The notes beneath the pieces were generated by a model, which was given only the letters and a program-made list of their open reading frames with translations, made no database searches and had not been told where the DNA came from. Shown in pieces: positions 11,074 to 25,478 of a stretch of 64,000 nt of DNA; within the stretch, counting starts at the first letter, position 1, and the number at the start of each line of letters is the position of its first letter. This DNA is from Thalia democratica. Lineage: Eukaryota. The translations under genes and the position numbers were made by a program. The stretch is taken from assembly GCA_965202585.1 (NCBI GenBank), contig OZ241826.1:91388001-91452000 (forward strand), in the 5' to 3' direction.

Positions 11074-11655
11074 TTAGTTTAGTTGAAATTTTAAGAGTTT
11101 ATGAAGTAAAATAACGATACGAGTTGCATGGAAGCTGAAAAAACAAAAAATACTGATTAAATTTAGAAAAATTCACTTTCTTTTCGTTTTGGTGTCGAAC
11201 TGAATTTTCAGCATCTTCATGATCAGGTTCCTGTTGCTCATCTTCTTCAGGTTTTTGCTCAGCTTCTTGTAAAACGTCAGCTCGCCGTTCCGAGACTCGT
11301 AGTAGCGGTTGAGCAGGGCGAGAACGGACAGGCCGAGCATGCACACAGTGAACACCACGCACACGATCATGCACGCGACGAAGAACACTTCGAAGTCCAA
11401 AAAGTCCGTTATCTTCGTCGCCTCCCTACTTTCAGTCATGACCATGTGTCTCAGCTGGTCGTCGAGCTTTTTCTTCGTGTGCTCGTCCTGGAGAGATATG
11501 TCGAAAAGTGTCGACCTCATCATTTGTTTCAGCTGCGCCACTCCGCTGTAGTCCAAAGATGGCATGGAGGCGAGCAAGTGGGCGTAAAGGTTCTTGAAGG
11601 TCATCGCGGCCGTGCTGTCTTGCTTCATGTCCTTTTCCGGCGCCTTCGGCAGCAT
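11074..11655 (-). CDS. Copy 10 (A1), 179 aa spliced model
   Basis: Same protein as copy 1. Confidence 0.72.
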
Positions 11656-12276
11656 CTGCGGCTTGATCTTGCGTTTACCAAAATCATTAAAAAATTGTGT
11701 CCGCAAATTTGCATAATTCTCTTCTTTTCGAATAATTTCGCTCTCTCCTTCTTAATTTTGCACACAAATTCACACCTCCAACCGAACTGACGCTTATATA
11801 TACGAGCTCCGGCATAGACACTTTGATAAGAAGAGAAGAGGCGTTCAGCATTATCAATAAAAACACGGCCTCCCAACAGTGACGAAACGCATTGATTCTC
11901 ATGTGTCTAAATATATTTGTATACAAAGGTAAAATCAACAGACAATAGCGACTTAGCGACTTGGCGTGCTTGGCCATAATAGCACATTAGATGTCTTATT
12001 GTAAGCTTATTTTTAAATTAGAACTGATAAAATTTAAACACTGTGAGTTTATTGAAAATAAATACGACTTACGCGCAAAATAAAAAAACAGAAACAGTTG
12101 TACAAATTTAGAAACATTCATTTTACTAAAGTTTAAACTAAAGTTTTAAAAATGTTGTTGAAAACAAAAAAATATAAAATACGCAATCGTTTTGTGCAAA
12201 TAAATGCCAGTTTATAGTATGATGATATAGTTGCCAGTTGTTTATTGAGAATAAAAGAAAATTGGGCTTCATGCAA

Positions 12277-12858
12277 TTAGTTTAGTTGAAATATCAAGAG
12301 TTTATGAAGTAAAATAACGATACGAGTTGCATGGAAGCTGAAAAAACAAAAAATACTGATTAAATTTAGAAAAATTCACTTTCTTTTCGTTTTGGTGTCG
12401 AACTGAATTTTCAGCATCTTCATGATCAGGTTCCTGTTGCTCATCTTCTTCAGGTTTTTGCTCAGCTTCTTGTAAAACGTCAGCTCGCCGTTCCGAGACT
12501 CGTAGTAGCGGTTGAGCAGGGCGAGAACGGACAGGCCGAGCATGCACACGGTGAACACCACGCACACGATCATGCACGCGACGAAGAACACTTCGAAGTC
12601 CAAAAAGTCCGTTATCTTCGTCGCCTCCCTACTTTCAGTCATGACCATGTGTCTCAGCTGGTCGTCGAGCTTTTTCTTCGTGTGCTCGTCCTGGAGAGAT
12701 ATGTCGAAAAGTGTCGACCTCATCATTTGTTTCAGCTGCGCCACTCCGCTGTAGTCCAAAGATGGCATGGAGGCGAGCAAGTGGGCGTAAAGGTTCTTGA
12801 AGGTCATCGCGGCCGTGCTGTCTTGCTTCATGTCCTTTTCCGGCGCCTTCGGCAGCAT
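12277..12858 (-). CDS. Copy 11 (A2), 179 aa spliced model (tail LLIFQLN)
   Basis: First copy with the A2 SNP set; exon 1 protein unchanged from the ATG. Confidence 0.72.
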
Positions 12859-13479
12859 CTGCGGCTTGATTTTGCGTTTACCAAAATCATTAAAAAATTG
12901 TGTCCGCAAATTTGCATAATTCTCTTCTTTTCGAATAATTTCGCTCTCTCCTTCTTAATTTTGCACACAAATTCACACCTCCAACCGAACTGACGCGTAT
13001 ATATACGAGCTCCGGCATAGACACTTTGATAAGAAGAGAAGAGGCGTTCAGCATTATCAATAAAAACACGGCCTCCCAACAGTGACGAAACGCATTGATT
13101 CTCATGTGTCTAAATATATTTGTATACAAAGGTAAAATCAACAGACAATAGCGACTTAGCGACTTGGCGTGCTTGGCCATAATAGCACATTAGATGTCTT
13201 ATTGTAAGCTTATTTTTAAATTAGAACTGATAAAATTTAAACACTGTGAGTTTATTGAAAATAAATACGACTTACGCGCAAAATAAAAAAACAGAAACAG
13301 TTGTACAAATTTAGAAACATTCATTTTACTAAAGTTTAAACTAAAGTTTTAAAAATGTTGTTGAAAACAAAAAAATATAAAATACGCAATCGTTTTGTGC
13401 AAATAAATGCCAGTTTATAGTATGATGATATAGTTGCCAGTTGTTTATTGAGAATAAAAGAAAATTGGGCTTCATGCAA

Positions 13480-14061
13480 TTAGTTTAGTTGAAATATCAA
13501 GAGTTTATGAAGTAAAATAACGATACGAGTTGCATGGAAGCTGAAAAAACAAAAAATACTGATTAAATTTAGAAAAATTCACTTTCTTTTCGTTTTGGTG
13601 TCGAACTGAATTTTCAGCATCTTCATGATCAGGTTCCTGTTGCTCATCTTCTTCAGGTTTTTGCTCAGCTTCTTGTAAAACGTCAGCTCGCCGTTCCGAG
13701 ACTCGTAGTAGCGGTTGAGCAGGGCGAGAACGGACAGGCCGAGCATGCACACGGTGAACACCACGCACACGATCATGCACGCGACGAAGAACACTTCGAA
13801 GTCCAAAAAGTCCGTTATCTTCGTCGCCTCCCTACTTTCAGTCATGACCATGTGTCTCAGCTGGTCGTCGAGCTTTTTCTTCGTGTGCTCGTCCTGGAGA
13901 GATATGTCGAAAAGTGTCGACCTCATCATTTGTTTCAGCTGCGCCACTCCGCTGTAGTCCAAAGATGGCATGGAGGCGAGCAAGTGGGCGTAAAGGTTCT
14001 TGAAGGTCATCGCGGCCGTGCTGTCTTGCTTCATGTCCTTTTCCGGCGCCTTCGGCAGCAT
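13480..14061 (-). CDS. Copy 12 (A2), 179 aa spliced model
   Basis: As copy 11. Confidence 0.72.
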
Positions 14062-14681
14062 CTGCGGCTTGATTTTGCGTTTACCAAAATCATTAAAAAA
14101 TTGTGTCCGCAAATTTGCATAATTCTCTTCTTTTCGAATAATTTCGCTCTCTCCTTCTTAATTTTGCACACAAATTCACACCTCCAACCGAACTGACGCG
14201 TATATATACGAGCTCCGGCATAGACACTTTGATAAGAAGAGAAGAGGCGTTCAGCATTATCAATAAAAACACGGCCTCCCAACAGTGACGAAACGCATTG
14301 ATTCTCATGTGTCTAAATATATTTGTATACAAAGGTAAAATCAACAGACAATAGCGACTTAGCGACTTGGCGTGCTTGGCCATAATAGCACATTAGATGT
14401 CTTATTGTAAGCTTATTTTTAAATTAGAACTGATAAAATTTAAACACTGTGAGTTTATTGAAAATAAATACGACTTACGCGCAAAATAAAAAAACAGAAA
14501 CAGTTGTACAAATATAGAAACATTCATTTTACTAAAGTTTAAACTAAAGTTTTAAAAATGTTGTTGAAAACAAAAAATATAAAATACGCAATCGTTTTGT
14601 GCAAATAAATGCCAGTTTATAGTATGATGATATAGTTGCCAGTTGTTTATTGAGAATAAAAGAAAATTGGGCTTCATGCAA

Positions 14682-15255
14682 TTAGTTTAGTTGAAATATC
14701 AAGAGTTTATGAAGTAAAATAACGATACGAGTTGCATGGAAGCTGAAAAAACAAAAAATACTGATTAAATTTAGAAAAATTCACTTTCTTTTCGTTTTGG
14801 TGTCGAACTGAATTTTCAGCATCTTCATGATCAGGTTCCTGTTGCTCATCTTCTTCAGGTTTTTGCTCAGCTTCTTGTAAAACGTCAGCTCGCCGTTCCG
14901 AGACTCGTAGTAGCGGTTGAGCAGGGCGAGAACGGACAGGCCGAGCATGCACACGGTGAACACCACGCACACGATCATGCACGCGACGAAGAACACTTCG
15001 AAGTCCAAAAAGTCCGTTATCTTCGTCGCCTCCCTACTTTCAGTCATGACCATGTGTCTCAGCTGGTCGTCGAGCTTTTTCTTCGTGTGCTCGTCCTGGA
15101 GAGATATGTCGAAAAGTGTCGACCTCATCATTTGTTTCAGCTGCGCCACTCCGCTGTAGTCCAAAGATGGCATGGAGGCGAGCAAGTGGGCGTAAAGGTT
15201 CTTGAAGGTCATCGCGGCCGTGCTTCATGTCCTTTTCCGGCGCCTTCGGCAGCAT
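14682..15255 (-). pseudogene. Copy 13 (A2) with 8-bp frameshift deletion; only an N-truncated product from MTFKNL remains open
   Basis: gtgct[gtcttgct]tcatg deletion at about 15221-15224. Confidence 0.6.
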
Positions 15256-15876
15256 CTGCGGCTTGATTTTGCGTTTACCAAAATCATTAAAAAATTGTGT
15301 CCGCAAATTTGCATAATTCTCTTCTTTTCGAATAATTTCGCTCTCTCCTTCTTAATTTTGCACACAAATTCACACCTCCAACCGAACTGACGCGTATATA
15401 TACGAGCTCCGGCATAGACACTTTGATAAGAAGAGAAGAGGCGTTCAGCATTATCAATAAAAACACGGCCTCCCAACAGTGACGAAACGCATTGATTCTC
15501 ATGTGTCTAAATATATTTGTATACAAAGGTAAAATCAACAGACAATAGCGACTTAGCGACTTGGCGTGCTTGGCCATAATAGCACATTAGATGTCTTATT
15601 GTAAGCTTATTTTTAAATTAGAACTGATAAAATTTAAACACTGTGAGTTTATTGAAAATAAATACGACTTACGCGCAAAATAAAAAAACAGAAACAGTTG
15701 TACAAATTTAGAAACATTCATTTTACTAAAGTTTAAACTAAAGTTTTAAAAATGTTGTTGAAAACAAAAAAATATAAAATACGCAATCGTTTTGTGCAAA
15801 TAAATGCCAGTTTATAGTATGATGATATAGTTGCCAGTTGTTTATTGAGAATAAAAGAAAATTGGGCTTCATGCAA

Positions 15877-16458
15877 TTAGTTTAGTTGAAATATCAAGAG
15901 TTTATGAAGTAAAATAACGATACGAGTTGCATGGAAGCTGAAAAAACAAAAAATACTGATTAAATTTAGAAAAATTCACTTTCTTTTCGTTTTGGTGTCG
16001 AACTGAATTTTCAGCATCTTCATGATCAGGTTCCTGTTGCTCATCTTCTTCAGGTTTTTGCTCAGCTTCTTGTAAAACGTCAGCTCGCCGTTCCGAGACT
16101 CGTAGTAGCGGTTGAGCAGGGCGAGAACGGACAGGCCGAGCATGCACACGGTGAACACCACGCACACGATCATGCACGCGACGAAGAACACTTCGAAGTC
16201 CAAAAAGTCCGTTATCTTCGTCGCCTCCCTACTTTCAGTCATGACCATGTGTCTCAGCTGGTCGTCGAGCTTTTTCTTCGTGTGCTCGTCCTGGAGAGAT
16301 ATGTCGAAAAGTGTCGACCTCATCATTTGTTTCAGCTGCGCCACTCCGCTGTAGTCCAAAGATGGCATGGAGGCGAGCAAGTGGGCGTAAAGGTTCTTGA
16401 AGGTCATCGCGGCCGTGCTGTCTTGCTTCATGTCCTTTTCCGGCGCCTTCGGCAGCAT
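15877..16458 (-). CDS. Copy 14 (A2), 179 aa spliced model
   Basis: As copy 11. Confidence 0.72.
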
Positions 16459-17079
16459 CTGCGGCTTGATTTTGCGTTTACCAAAATCATTAAAAAATTG
16501 TGTCCGCAAATTTGCATAATTCTCTTCTTTTCGAATAATTTCGCTCTCTCCTTCTTAATTTTGCACACAAATTCACACCTCCAACCGAACTGACGCGTAT
16601 ATATACGAGCTCCGGCATAGACACTTTGATAAGAAGAGAAGAGGCGTTCAGCATTATCAATAAAAACACGGCCTCCCAACAGTGACGAAACGCATTGATT
16701 CTCATGTGTCTAAATATATTTGTATACAAAGGTAAAATCAACAGACAATAGCGACTTAGCGACTTGGCGTGCTTGGCCATAATAGCACATTAGATGTCTT
16801 ATTGTAAGCTTATTTTTAAATTAGAACTGATAAAATTTAAACACTGTGAGTTTATTGAAAATAAATACGACTTACGCGCAAAATAAAAAAACAGAAACAG
16901 TTGTACAAATTTAGAAACATTCATTTTACTAAAGTTTAAACTAAAGTTTTAAAAATGTTGTTGAAAACAAAAAAATATAAAATACGCAATCGTTTTGTGC
17001 AAATAAATGCCAGTTTATAGTATGATGATATAGTTGCCAGTTGTTTATTGAGAATAAAAGAAAATTGGGCTTCATGCAA

Positions 17080-17661
17080 TTAGTTTAGTTGAAATATCAA
17101 GAGTTTATGAAGTAAAATAACGATACGAGTTGCATGGAAGCTGAAAAAACAAAAAATACTGATTAAATTTAGAAAAATTCACTTTCTTTTCGTTTTGGTG
17201 TCGAACTGAATTTTCAGCATCTTCATGATCAGGTTCCTGTTGCTCATCTTCTTCAGGTTTTTGCTCAGCTTCTTGTAAAACGTCAGCTCGCCGTTCCGAG
17301 ACTCGTAGTAGCGGTTGAGCAGGGCGAGAACGGACAGGCCGAGCATGCACACGGTGAACACCACGCACACGATCATGCACGCGACGAAGAACACTTCGAA
17401 GTCCAAAAAGTCCGTTATCTTCGTCGCCTCCCTACTTTCAGTCATGACCATGTGTCTCAGCTGGTCGTCGAGCTTTTTCTTCGTGTGCTCGTCCTGGAGA
17501 GATATGTCGAAAAGTGTCGACCTCATCATTTGTTTCAGCTGCGCCACTCCGCTGTAGTCCAAAGATGGCATGGAGGCGAGCAAGTGGGCGTAAAGGTTCT
17601 TGAAGGTCATCGCGGCCGTGCTGTCTTGCTTCATGTCCTTTTCCGGCGCCTTCGGCAGCAT
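17080..17661 (-). CDS. Copy 15 (A2), 179 aa spliced model
   Basis: As copy 11. Confidence 0.72.
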
Positions 17662-18282
17662 CTGCGGCTTGATTTTGCGTTTACCAAAATCATTAAAAAA
17701 TTGTGTCCGCAAATTTGCATAATTCTCTTCTTTTCGAATAATTTCGCTCTCTCCTTCTTAATTTTGCACACAAATTCACACCTCCAACCGAACTGACGCG
17801 TATATATACGAGCTCCGGCATAGACACTTTGATAAGAAGAGAAGAGGCGTTCAGCATTATCAATAAAAACACGGCCTCCCAACAGTGACGAAACGCATTG
17901 ATTCTCATGTGTCTAAATATATTTGTATACAAAGGTAAAATCAACAGACAATAGCGACTTAGCGACTTGGCGTGCTTGGCCATAATAGCACATTAGATGT
18001 CTTATTGTAAGCTTATTTTTAAATTAGAACTGATAAAATTTAAACACTGTGAGTTTATTGAAAATAAATACGACTTACGCGCAAAATAAAAAAACAGAAA
18101 CAGTTGTACAAATTTAGAAACATTCATTTTACTAAAGTTTAAACTAAAGTTTTAAAAATGTTGTTGAAAACAAAAAAATATAAAATACGCAATCGTTTTG
18201 TGCAAATAAATGCCAGTTTATAGTATGATGATATAGTTGCCAGTTGTTTATTGAGAATAAAAGAAAATTGGGCTTCATGCAA

Positions 18283-18864
18283 TTAGTTTAGTTGAAATAT
18301 CAAGAGTTTATGAAGTAAAATAACGATACGAGTTGCATGGAAGCTGAAAAAACAAAAAATACTGATTAAATTTAGAAAAATTCACTTTCTTTTCGTTTTG
18401 GTGTCGAACTGAATTTTCAGCATCTTCATGATCAGGTTCCTGTTGCTCATCTTCTTCAGGTTTTTGCTCAGCTTCTTGTAAAACGTCAGCTCGCCGTTCC
18501 GAGACTCGTAGTAGCGGTTGAGCAGGGCGAGAACGGACAGGCCGAGCATGCACACGGTGAACACCACGCACACGATCATGCACGCGACGAAGAACACTTC
18601 GAAGTCCAAAAAGTCCGTTATCTTCGTCGCCTCCCTACTTTCAGTCATGACCATGTGTCTCAGCTGGTCGTCGAGCTTTTTCTTCGTGTGCTCGTCCTGG
18701 AGAGATATGTCGAAAAGTGTCGACCTCATCATTTGTTTCAGCTGCGCCACTCCGCTGTAGTCCAAAGATGGCATGGAGGCGAGCAAGTGGGCGTAAAGGT
18801 TCTTGAAGGTCATCGCGGCCGTGCTGTCTTGCTTCATGTCCTTTTCCGGCGCCTTCGGCAGCAT
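18283..18864 (-). CDS. Copy 16 (A2), 179 aa spliced model
   Basis: As copy 11. Confidence 0.72.
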
Positions 18865-19484
18865 CTGCGGCTTGATTTTGCGTTTACCAAAATCATTAAA
18901 AAATTGTGTCCGCAAATTTGCATAATTCTCTTCTTTTCGAATAATTTCGCTCTCTCCTTCTTAATTTTGCACACAAATTCACACCTCCAACCGAACTGAC
19001 GCGTATATATACGAGCTCCGGCATAGACACTTTGATAAGAAGAGAAGAGGCGTTCAGCATTATCAATAAAAACACGGCCTCCCAACAGTGACGAAACGCA
19101 TTGATTCTCATGTGTCTAAATATATTTGTATACAAAGGTAAAATCAACAGACAATAGCGACTTAGCGACTTGGCGTGCTTGGCCATAATAGCACATTAGA
19201 TGTCTTATTGTAAGCTTATTTTTAAATTAGAACTGATAAAATTTAAACACTGTGAGTTTATTGAAAATAAATACGACTTACGCGCAAAATAAAAAAACAG
19301 AAACAGTTGTACAAATATAGAAACATTCATTTTACTAAAGTTTAAACTAAAGTTTTAAAAATGTTGTTGAAAACAAAAAATATAAAATACGCAATCGTTT
19401 TGTGCAAATAAATGCCAGTTTATAGTATGATGATATAGTTGCCAGTTGTTTATTGAGAATAAAAGAAAATTGGGCTTCATGCAA

Positions 19485-20058
19485 TTAGTTTAGTTGAAAT
19501 ATCAAGAGTTTATGAAGTAAAATAACGATACGAGTTGCATGGAAGCTGAAAAAACAAAAAATACTGATTAAATTTAGAAAAATTCACTTTCTTTTCGTTT
19601 TGGTGTCGAACTGAATTTTCAGCATCTTCATGATCAGGTTCCTGTTGCTCATCTTCTTCAGGTTTTTGCTCAGCTTCTTGTAAAACGTCAGCTCGCCGTT
19701 CCGAGACTCGTAGTAGCGGTTGAGCAGGGCGAGAACGGACAGGCCGAGCATGCACACGGTGAACACCACGCACACGATCATGCACGCGACGAAGAACACT
19801 TCGAAGTCCAAAAAGTCCGTTATCTTCGTCGCCTCCCTACTTTCAGTCATGACCATGTGTCTCAGCTGGTCGTCGAGCTTTTTCTTCGTGTGCTCGTCCT
19901 GGAGAGATATGTCGAAAAGTGTCGACCTCATCATTTGTTTCAGCTGCGCCACTCCGCTGTAGTCCAAAGATGGCATGGAGGCGAGCAAGTGGGCGTAAAG
20001 GTTCTTGAAGGTCATCGCGGCCGTGCTTCATGTCCTTTTCCGGCGCCTTCGGCAGCAT
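19485..20058 (-). pseudogene. Copy 17 (A2) with the 8-bp frameshift deletion
   Basis: Same deletion at about 20024-20027. Confidence 0.6.
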
Positions 20059-20678
20059 CTGCGGCTTGATTTTGCGTTTACCAAAATCATTAAAAAATTG
20101 TGTCCGCAAATTTGCATAATTCTCTTCTTTTCGAATAATTTCGCTCTCTCCTTCTTAATTTTGCACACAAATTCACACCTCCAACCGAACTGACGCGTAT
20201 ATATACGAGCTCCGGCATAGACACTTTGATAAGAAGAGAAGAGGCGTTCAGCATTATCAATAAAAACACGGCCTCCCAACAGTGACGAAACGCATTGATT
20301 CTCATGTGTCTAAATATATTTGTATACAAAGGTAAAATCAACAGACAATAGCGACTTAGCGACTTGGCGTGCTTGGCCATAATAGCACATTAGATGTCTT
20401 ATTGTAAGCTTATTTTTAAATTAGAACTGATAAAATTTAAACACTGTGAGTTTATTGAAAATAAATACGACTTACGCGCAAAATAAAAAAACAGAAACAG
20501 TTGTACAAATATAGAAACATTCATTTTACTAAAGTTTAAACTAAAGTTTTAAAAATGTTGTTGAAAACAAAAAATATAAAATACGCAATCGTTTTGTGCA
20601 AATAAATGCCAGTTTATAGTATGATGATATAGTTGCCAGTTGTTTATTGAGAATAAAAGAAAATTGGGCTTCATGCAA

Positions 20679-21252
20679 TTAGTTTAGTTGAAATATCAAG
20701 AGTTTATGAAGTAAAATAACGATACGAGTTGCATGGAAGCTGAAAAAACAAAAAATACTGATTAAATTTAGAAAAATTCACTTTCTTTTCGTTTTGGTGT
20801 CGAACTGAATTTTCAGCATCTTCATGATCAGGTTCCTGTTGCTCATCTTCTTCAGGTTTTTGCTCAGCTTCTTGTAAAACGTCAGCTCGCCGTTCCGAGA
20901 CTCGTAGTAGCGGTTGAGCAGGGCGAGAACGGACAGGCCGAGCATGCACACGGTGAACACCACGCACACGATCATGCACGCGACGAAGAACACTTCGAAG
21001 TCCAAAAAGTCCGTTATCTTCGTCGCCTCCCTACTTTCAGTCATGACCATGTGTCTCAGCTGGTCGTCGAGCTTTTTCTTCGTGTGCTCGTCCTGGAGAG
21101 ATATGTCGAAAAGTGTCGACCTCATCATTTGTTTCAGCTGCGCCACTCCGCTGTAGTCCAAAGATGGCATGGAGGCGAGCAAGTGGGCGTAAAGGTTCTT
21201 GAAGGTCATCGCGGCCGTGCTTCATGTCCTTTTCCGGCGCCTTCGGCAGCAT
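20679..21252 (-). pseudogene. Copy 18 (A2) with the 8-bp frameshift deletion
   Basis: Same deletion at about 21218-21221. Confidence 0.6.
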
Positions 21253-21872
21253 CTGCGGCTTGATTTTGCGTTTACCAAAATCATTAAAAAATTGTGTCCG
21301 CAAATTTGCATAATTCTCTTCTTTTCGAATAATTTCGCTCTCTCCTTCTTAATTTTGCACACAAATTCACACCTCCAACCGAACTGACGCGTATATATAC
21401 GAGCTCCGGCATAGACACTTTGATAAGAAGAGAAGAGGCGTTCAGCATTATCAATAAAAACACGGCCTCCCAACAGTGACGAAACGCATTGATTCTCATG
21501 TGTCTAAATATATTTGTATACAAAGGTAAAATCAACAGACAATAGCGACTTAGCGACTTGGCGTGCTTGGCCATAATAGCACATTAGATGTCTTATTGTA
21601 AGCTTATTTTTAAATTAGAACTGATAAAATTTAAACACTGTGAGTTTATTGAAAATAAATACGACTTACGCGCAAAATAAAAAAACAGAAACAGTTGTAC
21701 AAATTTAGAAACATTCATTTTACTAAAGTTTAAACTAAAGTTTTAAAAATGTTGTTGAAAACAAAAAATATAAAATACGCAATCGTTTTGTGCAAATAAA
21801 TGCCAGTTTATAGTATGATGATATAGTTGCCAGTTGTTTATTGAGAATAAAAGAAAATTGGGCTTCATGCAA

Positions 21873-22454
21873 TTAGTTTAGTTGAAATATCAAGAGTTTA
21901 TGAAGTAAAATAACGATACGAGTTGCATGGAAGCTGAAAAAACAAAAAATACTGATTAAATTTAGAAAAATTCACTTTCTTTTCGTTTTGGTGTCGAACT
22001 GAATTTTCAGCATCTTCATGATCAGGTTCCTGTTGCTCATCTTCTTCAGGTTTTTGCTCAGCTTCTTGTAAAACGTCAGCTCGCCGTTCCGAGACTCGTA
22101 GTAGCGGTTGAGCAGGGCGAGAACGGACAGGCCGAGCATGCACACGGTGAACACCACGCACACGATCATGCACGCGACGAAGAACACTTCGAAGTCCAAA
22201 AAGTCCGTTATCTTCGTCGCCTCCCTACTTTCAGTCATGACCATGTGTCTCAGCTGGTCGTCGAGCTTTTTCTTCGTGTGCTCGTCCTGGAGAGATATGT
22301 CGAAAAGTGTCGACCTCATCATTTGTTTCAGCTGCGCCACTCCGCTGTAGTCCAAAGATGGCATGGAGGCGAGCAAGTGGGCGTAAAGGTTCTTGAAGGT
22401 CATCGCGGCCGTGCTGTCTTGCTTCATGTCCTTTTCCGGCGCCTTCGGCAGCAT
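21873..22454 (-). CDS. Copy 19 (A2), 179 aa spliced model
   Basis: As copy 11. Confidence 0.72.
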
Positions 22455-23074
22455 CTGCGGCTTGATTTTGCGTTTACCAAAATCATTAAAAAATTGTGTC
22501 CGCAAATTTGCATAATTCTCTTCTTTTCGAATAATTTCGCTCTCTCCTTCTTAATTTTGCACACAAATTCACACCTCCAACCGAACTGACGCGTATATAT
22601 ACGAGCTCCGGCATAGACACTTTGATAAGAAGAGAAGAGGCGTTCAGCATTATCAATAAAAACACGGCCTCCCAACAGTGACGAAACGCATTGATTCTCA
22701 TGTGTCTAAATATATTTGTATACAAAGGTAAAATCAACAGACAATAGCGACTTAGCGACTTGGCGTGCTTGGCCATAATAGCACATTAGATGTCTTATTG
22801 TAAGCTTATTTTTAAATTAGAACTGATAAAATTTAAACACTGTGAGTTTATTGAAAATAAATACGACTTACGCGCAAAATAAAAAAACAGAAACAGTTGT
22901 ACAAATTTAGAAACATTCATTTTACTAAAGTTTAAACTAAAGTTTTAAAAATGTTGTTGAAAACAAAAAATATAAAATACGCAATCGTTTTGTGCAAATA
23001 AATGCCAGTTTATAGTATGATGATATAGTTGCCAGTTGTTTATTGAGAATAAAAGAAAATTGGGCTTCATGCAA

Positions 23075-23656
23075 TTAGTTTAGTTGAAATATCAAGAGTT
23101 TATGAAGTAAAATAACGATACGAGTTGCATGGAAGCTGAAAAAACAAAAAATACTGATTAAATTTAGAAAAATTCACTTTCTTTTCGTTTTGGTGTCGAA
23201 CTGAATTTTCAGCATCTTCATGATCAGGTTCCTGTTGCTCATCTTCTTCAGGTTTTTGCTCAGCTTCTTGTAAAACGTCAGCTCGCCGTTCCGAGACTCG
23301 TAGTAGCGGTTGAGCAGGGCGAGAACGGACAGGCCGAGCATGCACACGGTGAACACCACGCACACGATCATGCACGCGACGAAGAACACTTCGAAGTCCA
23401 AAAAGTCCGTTATCTTCGTCGCCTCCCTACTTTCAGTCATGACCATGTGTCTCAGCTGGTCGTCGAGCTTTTTCTTCGTGTGCTCGTCCTGGAGAGATAT
23501 GTCGAAAAGTGTCGACCTCATCATTTGTTTCAGCTGCGCCACTCCGCTGTAGTCCAAAGATGGCATGGAGGCGAGCAAGTGGGCGTAAAGGTTCTTGAAG
23601 GTCATCGCGGCCGTGCTGTCTTGCTTCATGTCCTTTTCCGGCGCCTTCGGCAGCAT
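23075..23656 (-). CDS. Copy 20 (A2), 179 aa spliced model
   Basis: As copy 11; 1202-bp unit (one A shorter in a spacer A-run). Confidence 0.72.
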
Positions 23657-24276
23657 CTGCGGCTTGATTTTGCGTTTACCAAAATCATTAAAAAATTGTG
23701 TCCGCAAATTTGCATAATTCTCTTCTTTTCGAATAATTTCGCTCTCTCCTTCTTAATTTTGCACACAAATTCACACCTCCAACCGAACTGACGCGTATAT
23801 ATACGAGCTCCGGCATAGACACTTTGATAAGAAGAGAAGAGGCGTTCAGCATTATCAATAAAAACACGGCCTCCCAACAGTGACGAAACGCATTGATTCT
23901 CATGTGTCTAAATATATTTGTATACAAAGGTAAAATCAACAGACAATAGCGACTTAGCGACTTGGCGTGCTTGGCCATAATAGCACATTAGATGTCTTAT
24001 TGTAAGCTTATTTTTAAATTAGAACTGATAAAATTTAAACACTGTGAGTTTATTGAAAATAAATACGACTTACGCGCAAAATAAAAAAACAGAAACAGTT
24101 GTACAAATTTAGAAACATTCATTTTACTAAAGTTTAAACTAAAGTTTTAAAAATGTTGTTGAAAACAAAAAATATAAAATACGCAATCGTTTTGTGCAAA
24201 TAAATGCCAGTTTATAGTATGATGATATAGTTGCCAGTTGTTTATTGAGAATAAAAGAAAATTGGGCTTCATGCAA

Positions 24277-24858
24277 TTAGTTTAGTTGAAATATCAAGAG
24301 TTTATGAAGTAAAATAACGATACGAGTTGCATGGAAGCTGAAAAAACAAAAAATACTGATTAAATTTAGAAAAATTCACTTTCTTTTCGTTTTGGTGTCG
24401 AACTGAATTTTCAGCATCTTCATGATCAGGTTCCTGTTGCTCATCTTCTTCAGGTTTTTGCTCAGCTTCTTGTAAAACGTCAGCTCGCCGTTCCGAGACT
24501 CGTAGTAGCGGTTGAGCAGGGCGAGAACGGACAGGCCGAGCATGCACACGGTGAACACCACGCACACGATCATGCACGCGACGAAGAACACTTCGAAGTC
24601 CAAAAAGTCCGTTATCTTCGTCGCCTCCCTACTTTCAGTCATGACCATGTGTCTCAGCTGGTCGTCGAGCTTTTTCTTCGTGTGCTCGTCCTGGAGAGAT
24701 ATGTCGAAAAGTGTCGACCTCATCATTTGTTTCAGCTGCGCCACTCCGCTGTAGTCCAAAGATGGCATGGAGGCGAGCAAGTGGGCGTAAAGGTTCTTGA
24801 AGGTCATCGCGGCCGTGCTGTCTTGCTTCATGTCCTTTTCCGGCGCCTTCGGCAGCAT
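24277..24858 (-). CDS. Copy 21 (A2), 179 aa spliced model
   Basis: As copy 11. Confidence 0.72.
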
Positions 24859-25478
24859 CTGCGGCTTGATTTTGCGTTTACCAAAATCATTAAAAAATTG
24901 TGTCCGCAAATTTGCATAATTCTCTTCTTTTCGAATAATTTCGCTCTCTCCTTCTTAATTTTGCACACAAATTCACACCTCCAACCGAACTGACGCGTAT
25001 ATATACGAGCTCCGGCATAGACACTTTGATAAGAAGAGAAGAGGCGTTCAGCATTATCAATAAAAACACGGCCTCCCAACAGTGACGAAACGCATTGATT
25101 CTCATGTGTCTAAATATATTTGTATACAAAGGTAAAATCAACAGACAATAGCGACTTAGCGACTTGGCGTGCTTGGCCATAATAGCACATTAGATGTCTT
25201 ATTGTAAGCTTATTTTTAAATTAGAACTGATAAAATTTAAACACTGTGAGTTTATTGAAAATAAATACGACTTACGCGCAAAATAAAAAAACAGAAACAG
25301 TTGTACAAATTTAGAAACATTCATTTTACTAAAGTTTAAACTAAAGTTTTAAAAATGTTGTTGAAAACAAAAAATATAAAATACGCAATCGTTTTGTGCA
25401 AATAAATGCCAGTTTATAGTATGATGATATAGTTGCCAGTTGTTTATTGAGAATAAAAGAAAATTGGGCTTCATGCAA

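Noticed and set aside
1-12000. Array as a pure assembly or synthetic artefact
   Set aside because: Linked SNP blocks, conversion tracts, private mutations and a higher-order structure argue for real biology; the exact count of near-identical A1/A2 units still needs read-depth confirmation
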